Part shown: positions 36,687 through 46,301 of the stretch, in pieces | Position numbering within the stretch: position 1 is the first letter of the stretch | How the letters are laid out: every line of letters begins with the position of its first letter | IMG/VR virus record: IMGVR_UViG_3300025133_000072 | Coordinates: 1 to 64,000 of that record | DNA length: 64,000 nucleotides | Direction: 5' to 3' (one strand) | Origin: a virus | The notes under the pieces: model-generated | Told to the model about the DNA's origin: nothing | The model's database searches: none | What the model saw: the letters and a program-made list of their open reading frames with translations, nothing else | Made by a program: the position numbers and the translations under genes

Positions 36687-36825
36687 TTGAGGCCCAGAAT
36701 CCGGAATTCTGGGGTTTTAAACCGAGGGACAAGTTCTACCTACTTACTCCGGGGTAGACACCATATCGATCTTGTCCCGAAGCCTCTTTTTCACCAGATA
36801 TGGGGTGAGTAGCGGAACCCCTGGA
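36687..36825 (+). ncRNA. putative structured cis-regulatory / antisense RNA in the initiator leader
   Basis: stems CCCAGAAT/ATTCTGGG, GGGACAAG/CTTGTCCC, TCTACC/GGTAGA; loop segments complementary to downstream GATATGGGGTGAGTAG. Confidence 0.5.
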
Positions 36826-36869
36826 CAATTAAATAAGTTTTATTTTAGGACTCAGGAGGGGTATACCCT

Positions 36870-38312
36870 GTGAATTTGTGCAATCAATTGAAAGAAATTG
36901 TAGAGAATCAGACTATAGAAAAGAGGGAGCTTATGCCTTTGGATGTGTTCTACGATCCCGATTTATCCTTACAAGCCAAGATGGTTTATGCCTGTATTGT
37001 GGATGCCTGGAACTCTAATAATGGGGTATGTAACAAGTCCGTTCGAAGCCTTGCTTTGTTTGCTCATGTGTCCAAATCAAGGATAAGTGAGTACATAAAA
37101 GAATTGGAAGATAAGGAATATATCCACATTGAAAGGAACCACAGAACAGCCTTAGCTATCCTTCCAAAAGAGCCTAATGATAAGAGGGAAGCGCTCAAAA
37201 TAGTGCGAAATCAGATAAAGGCAGCTCTTCCCTCTGTAAAGGAAGAAGGGGAAAAGCACTGGATGAGGATCGGCTCTGAGAAAGGGATTGAGGAGGTACT
37301 GTCCCTGAAAGAGGACAGACGGATGAAAATACCCTATCCGACCGCCCCCAAAGAGGACAGAGCAAAAAACACCGCCCCCAAAGAGGACAGAGCACTACTC
37401 TCTGTCCCCCAAAGAGGACAAGACTCACATTTTCATAATAGAATTGAGGGTTTTTTGTCATGGCCTCCAAAGAGGACAGAGCAAGAAGAAAATGAAGCTT
37501 TGCGCCCCCAAAGAGGACAAGACCCACAAAAACTAGATAATACTGGATTTTCTGTATGGAGCTTCCGAGATTCCGAACAGTCGATTTTAACGAGAAAAAC
37601 CCCTTATAAGAAAGATCATTCAATATCCCCTTTATATGGGAATATCTCCTCTGTCGAGGATCTATTCCTTGTTATGGAAAATTCCATAACGTGTATGAAA
37701 TTATATTTTTCTTCATTAAATTCAGAAAAACAACCTCCAGGCAAGCAAACTCCTTTTGAAATAACTAACAATATAAAACCCCTATCTGTAGCCTTTCCCC
37801 AGCTAAGTCTCTTAGAGCACCTCAAGTCTCTTAGTGATCTCATTTCTAATAGAGATGGGGTTACGGTACAGCCCCCTCATCCGAAACCGAAATTGGTTGG
37901 CCCTTCGAATCGGGTGAAGTCGATTGACCCAGAAGGAAAATTCCGAGAAGTGGTTTTGGAGTTTTACTCGGAGGCGAGACAGGGGGGACTGATCGAGCGA
38001 GTGGACGATTCCCTGATTGACCGATCCATCGTCCAGCTCGAACTCCTCCACCGCAAAGACAAATTCCCGATTGAGAAGATTCGGGAGGTCCTCCTCTGGG
38101 GGTTGACGGATACGTTTTGGTGCGATAAGATTTCATCGTTAGCAAATATTCGAAAGAAGTCATCGAGCAACGGGAAATTGAAATTTGTAAATCTCTTGGA
38201 CGGAATGGGAAAGGACAAAGCAGGGACAACCAAGAATTTTCAAAGTCAAATTGGTTCGAAGACTAAATCAAAACCCTACACCTACCACCGAGGAGGAATG
38301 GGTAAGGGCTGA
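36870..38312 (+). CDS. replication initiator protein with N-terminal HTH
   Basis: D..LS.QAK.VY...S.R.LA....VS...I...IKELE...YI; intragenic iterons; D.FW...I.S...IR C-terminal motif; directly upstream of the DnaC-like loader. Confidence 0.75.
   Translation: MNLCNQLKEIVENQTIEKRELMPLDVFYDPDLSLQAKMVYACIVDAWNSNNGVCNKSVRSLALFAHVSKSRISEYIKELEDKEYIHIERNHRTALAILPKEPNDKREALKIVRNQIKAALPSVKEEGEKHWMRIGSEKGIEEVLSLKEDRRMKIPYPTAPKEDRAKNTAPKEDRALLSVPQRGQDSHFHNRIEGFLSWPPKRTEQEENEALRPQRGQDPQKLDNTGFSVWSFRDSEQSILTRKTPYKKDHSISPLYGNISSVEDLFLVMENSITCMKLYFSSLNSEKQPPGKQTPFEITNNIKPLSVAFPQLSLLEHLKSLSDLISNRDGVTVQPPHPKPKLVGPSNRVKSIDPEGKFREVVLEFYSEARQGGLIERVDDSLIDRSIVQLELLHRKDKFPIEKIREVLLWGLTDTFWCDKISSLANIRKKSSSNGKLKFVNLLDGMGKDKAGTTKNFQSQIGSKTKSKPYTYHRGGMGKG
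37299..37523 (+). repeat. six iteron-like repeats (core AAAGAGGACA), putative replication origin
   Basis: copies near 37301, 37341, 37371, 37402, 37461 and 37501; two have TGTCC..GGACA dyad symmetry. Confidence 0.8.
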
Positions 38313-38335
38313 GAAGCCGGAGGGCTGGGAACAAA

Positions 38336-38893
38336 TTGAACCAAGACGAGCTTGATCGAATTGTACAGGAAAAAATAAGGGAAGCCGGAATACCACCAAG
38401 ATTCCAAAAAGCAAAACTAGAGGACTTCCCAAAAAAGATTCAAACTGAAGCGAAGGAAAACCGACAAGGGCTTTTTATAGCCGGACCAGTCGGATCGGGC
38501 AAGTCCCATCTTCTAGCTTCCATCCTCATTGATCACTTAGGCAGGGCTCCCTTTTTGAAGTACAGCTTTGTCTCAACTACCGATCTTCTACACAACCTCA
38601 GAAGTGAGGAATTTTCCGGGACAACTTTCGACACCCTGGATAAGGTCAAATATTGTGACGCTCTTTATTTAGATGATTTTGCAGCGCACACATTATCTCC
38701 CTGGAAATACCAGGAACTGTTCACTATCATTAACCATCGTTATGCTCACATGCTTCCTACTTGGGTTACATCTAATTCGAGCTTACAGGATTTGTATGAG
38801 GGTGATTACGAGCGCTTAGCTTCTCGATTCAGTGAGATGTGTAAGAGCCTTGTATTAGATGGAAATGATAAGAGAGCAGTCAATGAGTATTGA
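38336..38893 (+). CDS. DnaC/IstB-like helicase loader ATPase
   Basis: GIPPRF, GPVGSGKS, LYLDDF, IIN.RY...PT..TSN, R.ASR. Confidence 0.9.
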   Translation: MNQDELDRIVQEKIREAGIPPRFQKAKLEDFPKKIQTEAKENRQGLFIAGPVGSGKSHLLASILIDHLGRAPFLKYSFVSTTDLLHNLRSEEFSGTTFDTLDKVKYCDALYLDDFAAHTLSPWKYQELFTIINHRYAHMLPTWVTSNSSLQDLYEGDYERLASRFSEMCKSLVLDGNDKRAVNEY

Positions 38894-40457
38894 ACGCAGA
38901 ATAGTAACGGGACTCATTGTTTCGGCCTCTTACATAGAGGACTTCATCAAAATCTACCACTCAGATTATATCGATTCTGAGTCAGCCGAAACCCTTATTA
39001 GCTGGGTGCTCGATTACTTTTCCAAACACAAGAAAGCTCCTGAGAGAAAAATAGAAGAACTCTTTCAGTCGAAGCTGTCCACAGGCAAGATCCAGAGCAA
39101 GGAAGTAGAGCAGGATATAGCCGAGATCCTCGAAGGACTCTCCAGAGATTACGAACGAACTTACGCTGATTTTGATCCCGCTATCCTCATCGAGGACACA
39201 GAGAACTATTTCCAGAAACAGCAGCTCATTATGCTCAAGGAGGATATTGGGGAGTGTCTGGATAAGGGAGATGTTCCAGAGGCTCACAAGCTCTTAGCTG
39301 AGACAAAGCCTGTCAAGCTCATTTCGGTTTCCAGTGGAAAGCTTCTGGAGAACAAGGAGGCTGTGTTTGGGGCCTTTGACATGAACTACGAACCCTTGAT
39401 TCGTTTCGGAGGCGCTTTAGGCGAATTATTGGATCATCAATTTGTCAGAGACTCGTTTGTAGGTATCACAGCTCCTGAGAAAAGAGGAAAATCCTTCTGG
39501 CTTCAGGAGGTGGCTTTCCAGGCCCATCGATCAGGTAGTTCTGTTGTTTATTTTGAAGTGGGGGATATGACAGAGAAGCAGATTTTGAGAAGGATGGGAG
39601 TTTCCCTTTCAGGCAGGCACTACATGGAAAAATATTGCCGACCGGATTACATTCCTACCCTCGATTGTACCCATTCCCAAATGGGTTCTTGCACACGAGA
39701 TGAGTTTATCACCAGAGATCACTATCCCTTCAAAGAGTACAAGAAATCTCAGATCGGCAAACTCTCGTACTGGGATTTGATTGGTTCTGTGAAGTCTTTT
39801 GATCAGTACAAGAGTTGCACAGCTTGTCGAGATTGTAAGAAGTCAGATTTCGATCCTGCTCTTTGGTATTGGCTCAGAGGCAAACAAGAGCCTTTGACTA
39901 AGGAAGATGCTTGGGAATTATTCCAAAGACAGTTAGAGCGTTATGGTAATAATTTTCGGGTGGAGATCTTCCCCAGGAATTTAACCACAGTCGAGGATCT
40001 TCACACATTGCTACAGGAGTGGGAAAGAACTCAGAATTTTGTGCCTGATGTGGTTGTGATCGATTACGCCGACGTACTGGCTCCTGAGAAGGGTCAGAGG
40101 GACGGGAGAGATGTTCACAATGAAAGATGGGGAAGGCTTCGGAGATTGAGCCAGGATTGGAGTTCTTGTGTGGTTACAGCTACTCAATCCAATTCCATGG
40201 GAAGTCAGGCTTCTAATTTGACTGATCAGCATTTCTCAGAAGATAAACGAAAAAATTCTCATGTTACTGGAATGGTTGTTTTGAATCAGGATTTAGTTGA
40301 GAAGAAAAAAGGGCTCCTGCGAGTGGGGGTCACGCTTTCCAGAGAAGAGGATTTTGATCCTTTTAGTACAGTTACGGTCTTAGAGAGAAGGAGCATGGGC
40401 AGAATTTTTCTAGATTCTTATCCGACCCCTATTGACAACCAGTTCAAATCTAAGTAA
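38883..40457 (+). CDS. dnaB: DnaB-like replicative helicase with a Cys-rich insertion
   Basis: APEKRGKS, YFEVGDM, VVVIDYAD, TATQ, SED.RK. Confidence 0.85.
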   Translation: MSIERRIVTGLIVSASYIEDFIKIYHSDYIDSESAETLISWVLDYFSKHKKAPERKIEELFQSKLSTGKIQSKEVEQDIAEILEGLSRDYERTYADFDPAILIEDTENYFQKQQLIMLKEDIGECLDKGDVPEAHKLLAETKPVKLISVSSGKLLENKEAVFGAFDMNYEPLIRFGGALGELLDHQFVRDSFVGITAPEKRGKSFWLQEVAFQAHRSGSSVVYFEVGDMTEKQILRRMGVSLSGRHYMEKYCRPDYIPTLDCTHSQMGSCTRDEFITRDHYPFKEYKKSQIGKLSYWDLIGSVKSFDQYKSCTACRDCKKSDFDPALWYWLRGKQEPLTKEDAWELFQRQLERYGNNFRVEIFPRNLTTVEDLHTLLQEWERTQNFVPDVVVIDYADVLAPEKGQRDGRDVHNERWGRLRRLSQDWSSCVVTATQSNSMGSQASNLTDQHFSEDKRKNSHVTGMVVLNQDLVEKKKGLLRVGVTLSREEDFDPFSTVTVLERRSMGRIFLDSYPTPIDNQFKSK

Positions 40458-40498
40458 TCTTCAATCGTTGAGATATTCGACAGGGCAGGTATCCAAGA

Positions 40499-41494
40499 AT
40501 GAATCCATTAAATTTTCAAAGTGTCCTCAAGTTTGTGACTTCTTTTGCCTCGGTAAAGGAAGGTCCGAACGTAACTTTCTTGGATGGTAAAGTGATTGTA
40601 TTTGGCGGGGAAACCTTAGCCTATGCAGAAGCTAATCATCCATTCGGCAAGGTTCCGGTTTCGGTTCCTAGAGAAAAACTCGTTGCCGTAGTGAATTCTC
40701 TCCCTTCTTTACCGGAGGAAGAGGTGGATCTGAAAGTTGAAGATGATGTGATGAAGATTGAGTGTGGTTCCGTTTTGGCTGAGATTCCCACCACTAATCA
40801 GGCTTTGGTTGCTCTTCCTTCTTTTAAGAAGGGAAAGTCTTTGACTGGAGTTAGTTTAGGGGATGCTTTGGGAGATGTGTTGCCTGCGGTTTCGCAGACG
40901 ATGTTAGATCCTAAATTAACCTGCGTCCACTTCGAGGGAGGCAGAGTTGAAGCTTGTGATGGCTTCCGTATGTCAAGGTACGAGCTTGAAGAAGCCGTAT
41001 TCCCAAATAGCGGAGGCATCTTGGTTCCTGGTCATCTGTTAAAAGCGATTTCAAAGAGAGTATTCACGGCTTATGCTGTTGCATCTCCTTGGCTGCTGTT
41101 AGAAGAGTCTGAGGGGCGTATCGCTGGAGTTCGCACATACAGCGAAAAGTACGACGATCTTGAGACATGTTCTGATGTTTCGGGTAATTCTGTAGAATTT
41201 CCGGCGGGTCTTGAGAAAGAGCTGCCCAAGCCTGCAAAGGTTTTCTGCAAGGATCATCCGGATATTCGGGTGCGAGTAGCAGATAATTCTCTGTCGCTTT
41301 ATCTTGGCGGAAGTCTAGGGTGGATGCAAAAAAAGTTTGATATGGAATATGGTGGCGATCCCATTCAGTTTTCAATTCGATCTGAGCATCTACTCTCGGC
41401 TTTAACTTTAGGGAACAATTTGGAAATTGGAGGAGGCAGAGTGAAAATATCTGGGGAAAGATTTTCACATGTAGTCTGCATCTCTCAAAGCTAA
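40499..41494 (+). CDS. DNA polymerase III beta-type sliding clamp
   Basis: 331 aa; L.CVHF...VEACDGFRM motif; replisome context. Confidence 0.75.
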   Translation: MNPLNFQSVLKFVTSFASVKEGPNVTFLDGKVIVFGGETLAYAEANHPFGKVPVSVPREKLVAVVNSLPSLPEEEVDLKVEDDVMKIECGSVLAEIPTTNQALVALPSFKKGKSLTGVSLGDALGDVLPAVSQTMLDPKLTCVHFEGGRVEACDGFRMSRYELEEAVFPNSGGILVPGHLLKAISKRVFTAYAVASPWLLLEESEGRIAGVRTYSEKYDDLETCSDVSGNSVEFPAGLEKELPKPAKVFCKDHPDIRVRVADNSLSLYLGGSLGWMQKKFDMEYGGDPIQFSIRSEHLLSALTLGNNLEIGGGRVKISGERFSHVVCISQS

Positions 41495-41513
41495 TTCAGT
41501 AAAGAGGTGAACC

Positions 41514-42800
41514 ATTGGTGACATAGTAGGTTTTTTCGGGAACAGCCTTAAAGATGTAGCCAAAGCCAAGAAGTCCAATAAGATTCCGGACTGTTTTTCT
41601 TGTAAGCTCTATACGGGGTGTATGCATCCTAAGATGGAGCCTGTTGGAGAGGGCAGGAAAGGTATCTTCATTATTGGAGAATCTCCTAGTAGTCAAGAAG
41701 ATGCTTTGGGGGAATCCTTCGTAGGTAAAGCCGGGGAGTTCCTCAGAGAAACATTAGAGGATTACGGGATTCATTTAGAAAGAGATTGTTGGAAAACTAA
41801 TGCTATTCAGTGTCATCCGAGAGAGAACAGAACCCCCTCAGACTTTGAGATCCAGTGTTGTCGAACCAGACTACATAGGCAGATCCAAGAAAGGAATCCA
41901 TCTAAGATTCTTCTCCTGGGCAATTCAGCGATTCAGAGCATAATAGGCCATCGCTGGACCCGGATCAAAAGATACTCCGTTTCTTATTGGCGAGGCTTCA
42001 CCATTCCAGATGCTTTTTACAAAGCTTGGATCTGTGCTACTTATCATCCTTCGGCTATTCTCAGGGCTTTGGACGATAAGATCCCTTCTGTTATCCCAAC
42101 CTTGTTTTTCAATGACATGGACACTTACATGAACCTGCCAGAGAGAACTCATTTCAGTGATTTGGATGAGGATCGAAAGAATGTGCGGGTTCTTTACAAA
42201 AGAGCTGAGATCGAGAGAGCTTTGATAGATGTTTTGGATAATCCAGATCCCCTCTTTGCTTTTGACTACGAGACGACAGGACTTAAGCCCCAGGATTCCA
42301 GGCATAGAATCGTTTATGGGGGATTCAGTGTGGAGGATGGGAAGTCCACAGCATTCCCTTTCCCTATCACAAGAGATGACAGAATCTTTTATCTATGGAG
42401 GAGGATTCTTTTAGATCCCAGAATTGAGAAGACAGCACACCATATTAAGTTTGAGGAGAATTGGAGCAGAGCCAAGGTAGGTCTTGAGGGTGTTGTGAAT
42501 TGGAAATGGTGCTCAATGGAGGGCGCTCATATCCTGGACAATCGGGAAGGCATAACAGGATTGAAATTCCAGACCTATATTCGTTTTGGAATACCTGATT
42601 ATTCTTCTGCTGTAGACAAGTTTCTGACACATGATGATGAGGATGATTCTGGATCGAATGCCATGAATAACATCACCAATGCAGATCCCAGAGAGGCTAT
42701 GATTTATTGTGGTTTGGATTGTATTTATCAGAGAAGATTGGCGTTGGATCAGATGATAGAGAATCGATTATTGGCTACGTCCATGCTGGAGAAAAAATAA
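41514..42800 (+). CDS. family-4 uracil-DNA glycosylase-like domain fused to a 3'-5' exonuclease (N-terminal part of split DNA polymerase)
   Basis: CFSC..C, IIGESP...ED..G..FVG.AG, C.P..NR.P..EI.CC, YHPS; exonuclease motifs FDYETTG, HHIKFE, YCGLD; frame is open upstream of the ATG at 41622 back to 41511. Confidence 0.85.
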   Translation: MGDIVGFFGNSLKDVAKAKKSNKIPDCFSCKLYTGCMHPKMEPVGEGRKGIFIIGESPSSQEDALGESFVGKAGEFLRETLEDYGIHLERDCWKTNAIQCHPRENRTPSDFEIQCCRTRLHRQIQERNPSKILLLGNSAIQSIIGHRWTRIKRYSVSYWRGFTIPDAFYKAWICATYHPSAILRALDDKIPSVIPTLFFNDMDTYMNLPERTHFSDLDEDRKNVRVLYKRAEIERALIDVLDNPDPLFAFDYETTGLKPQDSRHRIVYGGFSVEDGKSTAFPFPITRDDRIFYLWRRILLDPRIEKTAHHIKFEENWSRAKVGLEGVVNWKWCSMEGAHILDNREGITGLKFQTYIRFGIPDYSSAVDKFLTHDDEDDSGSNAMNNITNADPREAMIYCGLDCIYQRRLALDQMIENRLLATSMLEKK

Positions 42801-44194
42801 TGAGAGCTACGACTCAGGAAGCTTACCAATTATTTCATGATGGGGCTCTGGCTTTAGCACGAGCTGAGTACAACGGCATCAAAGTAGATCTTCCCTACTG
42901 CAAGGAGACAGACAAGCATCTCCAGAATAGAGAAGAGGCTATGCAGAGTCTTCTAAAAGAGTCGGAGCTTTACCAGCTCTGGGGGAAGATGATGCCTCCT
43001 ACAGAGATCAACCTGGATTCGACAAAACAATTGGGGAAAGTTCTTTTTGAGGTGATGGAAATTCCTCCTCCAATTATAACTGACAAGGGAAATTATTCTG
43101 TTTCAGAAGAGGCTCTTTCTATTGTGGCCCCGGAGGTTCCTGGGGTTCAGCACATCTTAGATATTCGAGGGATTCAGAAAGCTCGGTCTACTTATTTCGG
43201 AGGGATTCTCAAAGAGCAATTTGACGGGGTTCTCCATCCTTTCTTTCATTTGAACAAAGTCAAGACCTATCGCTCCAGCAGTTCCCGGATCAATTTTCAG
43301 AACCTTCCTAAGCGGGACCCTTTTATGATGAACATGATCAGGAAGGCTTTTTCCGCTCGTCCTGGTCACAGGTTGGTAGAAGTGGATTTTGGGGGTATCG
43401 AGGTCAAGGTGAGTGCCTGTTGCCACAAAGATCCGAACATGCTGAAATACATTAGAGATCCCTCCACGGACATGCACAGGGATGTTTCTCAGGATGCTTT
43501 TTTCCTATCCTTGGAAGACATGACACCAGATAACGAGGACCAAGAAAAAGACATAGGAAATATCCGTTACGTGGGTAAGAACGGGTTTACCTTTGCTCAG
43601 TTCTATGGAGATTATTTTGGGAACTGCGCTCGGATTATGTGGAATTATATTGATTCAATGAACCTCGTTACAAAACAGGGCGTGGGTCTTTATGATCATC
43701 TGGCGAAACATGGAGTGCATAATCTGGAGGATTTCAAAGATCACCTTAGAGGGGTGGAGGATATTTTTTGGAATGTTCGTTTTAAGAAATATTCTGCCTG
43801 GAAGAAGAAGACATTCAAAAAATATTTGGACACGGGTTACGTAGATCTTTTGACAGGGTTTCGATGTGGCGGAATCCCATTAGAGAAGAACCAAGTTTTG
43901 AATACACCAATACAGGGTCCAGCGTTTCATTGCTTGCTTTGGTCATTGATTGAGACAGACAAAGAACTCAGGAGAAATAACATGAAATCCTTGATCTTGG
44001 GCCAGATCCATGATGCGATTGTGCTCGATGTTCTGGACAGTGAATTTGACAATGTGTTAGATCTCTTATTAAATATAATGTGTAAGAGACTTAGAAAATA
44101 CTGGAAATGGATCATCGTTCCTATGGAAGTCACAGTGGAAGCTTCCCCTGTTGACGGGAACTGGTCTGAGCTAAAAAAATTGAAACTAAACTAA
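42800..44194 (+). CDS. polA: family A DNA polymerase, polymerase domain
   Basis: TYRSSS..INFQNLP, motif A DFGGIE, motif B R...KNGFTFAQFYG, N.PIQG, motif C QIHD; TAATG overlap with the upstream gene. Confidence 0.9.
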   Translation: MRATTQEAYQLFHDGALALARAEYNGIKVDLPYCKETDKHLQNREEAMQSLLKESELYQLWGKMMPPTEINLDSTKQLGKVLFEVMEIPPPIITDKGNYSVSEEALSIVAPEVPGVQHILDIRGIQKARSTYFGGILKEQFDGVLHPFFHLNKVKTYRSSSSRINFQNLPKRDPFMMNMIRKAFSARPGHRLVEVDFGGIEVKVSACCHKDPNMLKYIRDPSTDMHRDVSQDAFFLSLEDMTPDNEDQEKDIGNIRYVGKNGFTFAQFYGDYFGNCARIMWNYIDSMNLVTKQGVGLYDHLAKHGVHNLEDFKDHLRGVEDIFWNVRFKKYSAWKKKTFKKYLDTGYVDLLTGFRCGGIPLEKNQVLNTPIQGPAFHCLLWSLIETDKELRRNNMKSLILGQIHDAIVLDVLDSEFDNVLDLLLNIMCKRLRKYWKWIIVPMEVTVEASPVDGNWSELKKLKLN

Positions 44195-44203
44195 GGGGCA
44201 GCT

Positions 44204-44803
44204 ATGAGTGAACCACTCTACGATTTTTTGATTACATTTAAGACAACTTCTTTAGATCCTTTGTGTTGTTCTGTTATAGGAATTGACGCAGCCCTCCTCC
44301 ATCGGAAGGACAAAAAGTTAGAGAAGTCTTATTCTAGTTCGGTCAGTCCTTTTGAGGAGGATTTTGATTTGGATATGAGTACCTCCGAATATCTAGGACT
44401 CAAGGGAGATGAAGAGGATATTCGGAATCAGTTATTGTCCTGGGATTCGGCTGATTCTGTTTTTCTGGCGTTGCATAAGTTAGGGATGTATTGGGAAAGA
44501 CCTCGTTTATTTATCTGGGGTGGATTTTCTATGATCGTCTTTGAGCGTTGGTTTGAGGATGCCTACAATTTGTTCAACAGGAACAACCCAAACAGCCTGC
44601 TCCATCCAAAAGCATACAAGCTTGTGAATTCTTTTTCTCTCCCGGCAGTAGATATCCAGTCTTTGGCGATAATCCAATTGAGATCCCAGAATCTCCGGTC
44701 TTTTGGATTCGACAGTGTTTCCAAGCATCTGTCTCATGGCAAGCAGCCCCATTTATCTCGTGCCATAGAATTGGCTCAGGTTTATCGGAAATTGGATCTG
44801 TAG
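44204..44803 (+). CDS. degenerate DnaQ/DEDD exonuclease-like protein
   Basis: FLITFKTTSLDP resembles D.ETTGLDP with the acidic residues lost; VDIQSLA. Confidence 0.5.
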   Translation: MSEPLYDFLITFKTTSLDPLCCSVIGIDAALLHRKDKKLEKSYSSSVSPFEEDFDLDMSTSEYLGLKGDEEDIRNQLLSWDSADSVFLALHKLGMYWERPRLFIWGGFSMIVFERWFEDAYNLFNRNNPNSLLHPKAYKLVNSFSLPAVDIQSLAIIQLRSQNLRSFGFDSVSKHLSHGKQPHLSRAIELAQVYRKLDL

Positions 44804-45751
44804 ATGAGTTTATATAATCAACATCGACCAGCGACTTTTTTAGACATGATCGGATCTCCCGAAACAATAACCTCTCTCCAGACAGTTTTTGACAGGCCAG
44901 AGGATATGATTCCTCATGTGTTTCTGTTCCATGGACCTACAGGTTGTGGGAAAACAACAGCAGCCCGGATCTGTGCCAGTGAACTTGGGTGCGAGGGCTC
45001 AGATTATGTAGAGGTGAATTGCGGGAGCCAGAGAGGGATCGATAATATTCGGGAGATTGCTTTGAATAGTAAGTATGCTCCTATGTATGGGAAGAGTCGT
45101 ATATGGGTTTTCGATGAAGCCCATAAGATGACCAAGGATGCTATGTCCTGTCTTCTCAAGCCCCTGGAAGATGTTCCTCCCCATGTGTATTTCTTTCTGG
45201 TTACAAATCAGCCCGGAGGATTATTCAATGAGATCAGAGGGAGATGTATCCAGTATGAATTTCATCCTTTGATTCGGATGGAGATGATGCGCCTTATTCG
45301 GACGGTTTCTCACAAAGAGAAATTTGGGGTTATCCCAGAGATCTGTGATGAGATATTCAAGAGATCAGAAGGCAGACCCAGAGAAGCTCTCCAGATCCTC
45401 GATTCTATAAAGGATGTGCCTTCAGAGGATATGATGGAAGCTGTCCAGGCTTTCCAAGAGGAACAGACCTTGGCTTTTGATTTAGCACAGACTCTTATGG
45501 AGTCCACGACTACTATGGATGAGGCGGGTTGGCTTAAGATAAAGCCTGTTCTTAAAAAATTAAAAGGAGATCCAGAGTCTGTTAGAAGGGTGGTGCTTTC
45601 TTATTGCACTCAGGTCATACTTTCCAGTAGATTGGAGAGCACAAAAGGATCAAAAGCCTTCATTATTTTGGATTGTTTTTCGAAATCATTTAGAGAATCA
45701 GAGTTCGCAGGGTTAGTAAAATCTTGTTACGAAGTGTTTAGTAGCTCTTAG
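44804..45751 (+). CDS. clamp loader, DnaX gamma/tau-like
   Basis: LY..HRP..F....G, GPTGCGKT, DEAH, LLKPLE, IRGRC, G.PREAL. Confidence 0.9.
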   Translation: MSLYNQHRPATFLDMIGSPETITSLQTVFDRPEDMIPHVFLFHGPTGCGKTTAARICASELGCEGSDYVEVNCGSQRGIDNIREIALNSKYAPMYGKSRIWVFDEAHKMTKDAMSCLLKPLEDVPPHVYFFLVTNQPGGLFNEIRGRCIQYEFHPLIRMEMMRLIRTVSHKEKFGVIPEICDEIFKRSEGRPREALQILDSIKDVPSEDMMEAVQAFQEEQTLAFDLAQTLMESTTTMDEAGWLKIKPVLKKLKGDPESVRRVVLSYCTQVILSSRLESTKGSKAFIILDCFSKSFRESEFAGLVKSCYEVFSSS

Positions 45752-45803
45752 ATTTTTTAGTAGAGGGCTTGTCTTTTAGAATAAAAGGGGTAGAATAGAA
45801 ACA

Positions 45804-46295
45804 GTGAGCAGACCTTCCTTTATAGAAGATATAGAAATTGATGAGCATAGATTAGATGCGGAATGGTTGAAGCAACCATCTCTTATTCTTCAATATTCAG
45901 AAGACCAAGCTTTAGCAAAGAAAAGACTTGAAAGAGCAAGACAGAGAGTAGATAGAGTCAAAGCAGAGACATTCAAAGACATTTGTAAAACTCCCTCAAA
46001 ATATGGACTTACTAAAACTACCGTCGATGCTATGCGCTCAGCAGTGGATCTCCAGCCTGAAGTTAAGGCTGCGAATGATGCTGTAGCCGAAGCTGTTTAT
46101 CAGGCGGAGAGGTACAGGGGTGTTTTATCGGCTTTGGATCACAAAAAGAAAGCTTTAGAAAATTTAGTGACTTTGTATCTAAGAAATTATTACAGCGACT
46201 CAGATCATTCAGACATGAGCCCAGAAGACAAAAGATTAGCAAATAGGCGTGTTGCCAGAACAAGGACAATGAAAACTAAAATCAACAAGGAGTAG
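45804..46295 (+). CDS. UvsY-like recombination mediator
   Basis: D..ID...LD.E...QP.L...Y; KK..L.NLV.L; upstream of SSB and RecA. Confidence 0.65.
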   Translation: MSRPSFIEDIEIDEHRLDAEWLKQPSLILQYSEDQALAKKRLERARQRVDRVKAETFKDICKTPSKYGLTKTTVDAMRSAVDLQPEVKAANDAVAEAVYQAERYRGVLSALDHKKKALENLVTLYLRNYYSDSDHSDMSPEDKRLANRRVARTRTMKTKINKE

Positions 46296-46301
46296 GGTGT
46301 A

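Noticed and set aside
36687-36825. tRNA gene
   Set aside because: No TTCGA T-loop, D-loop or acceptor-stem geometry. Treated as a regulatory RNA candidate instead.
37299-37523. CRISPR mini-array
   Set aside because: The repeats are short, degenerate, irregularly spaced and inside an open frame, and there are no cas genes. Iterons fit better.
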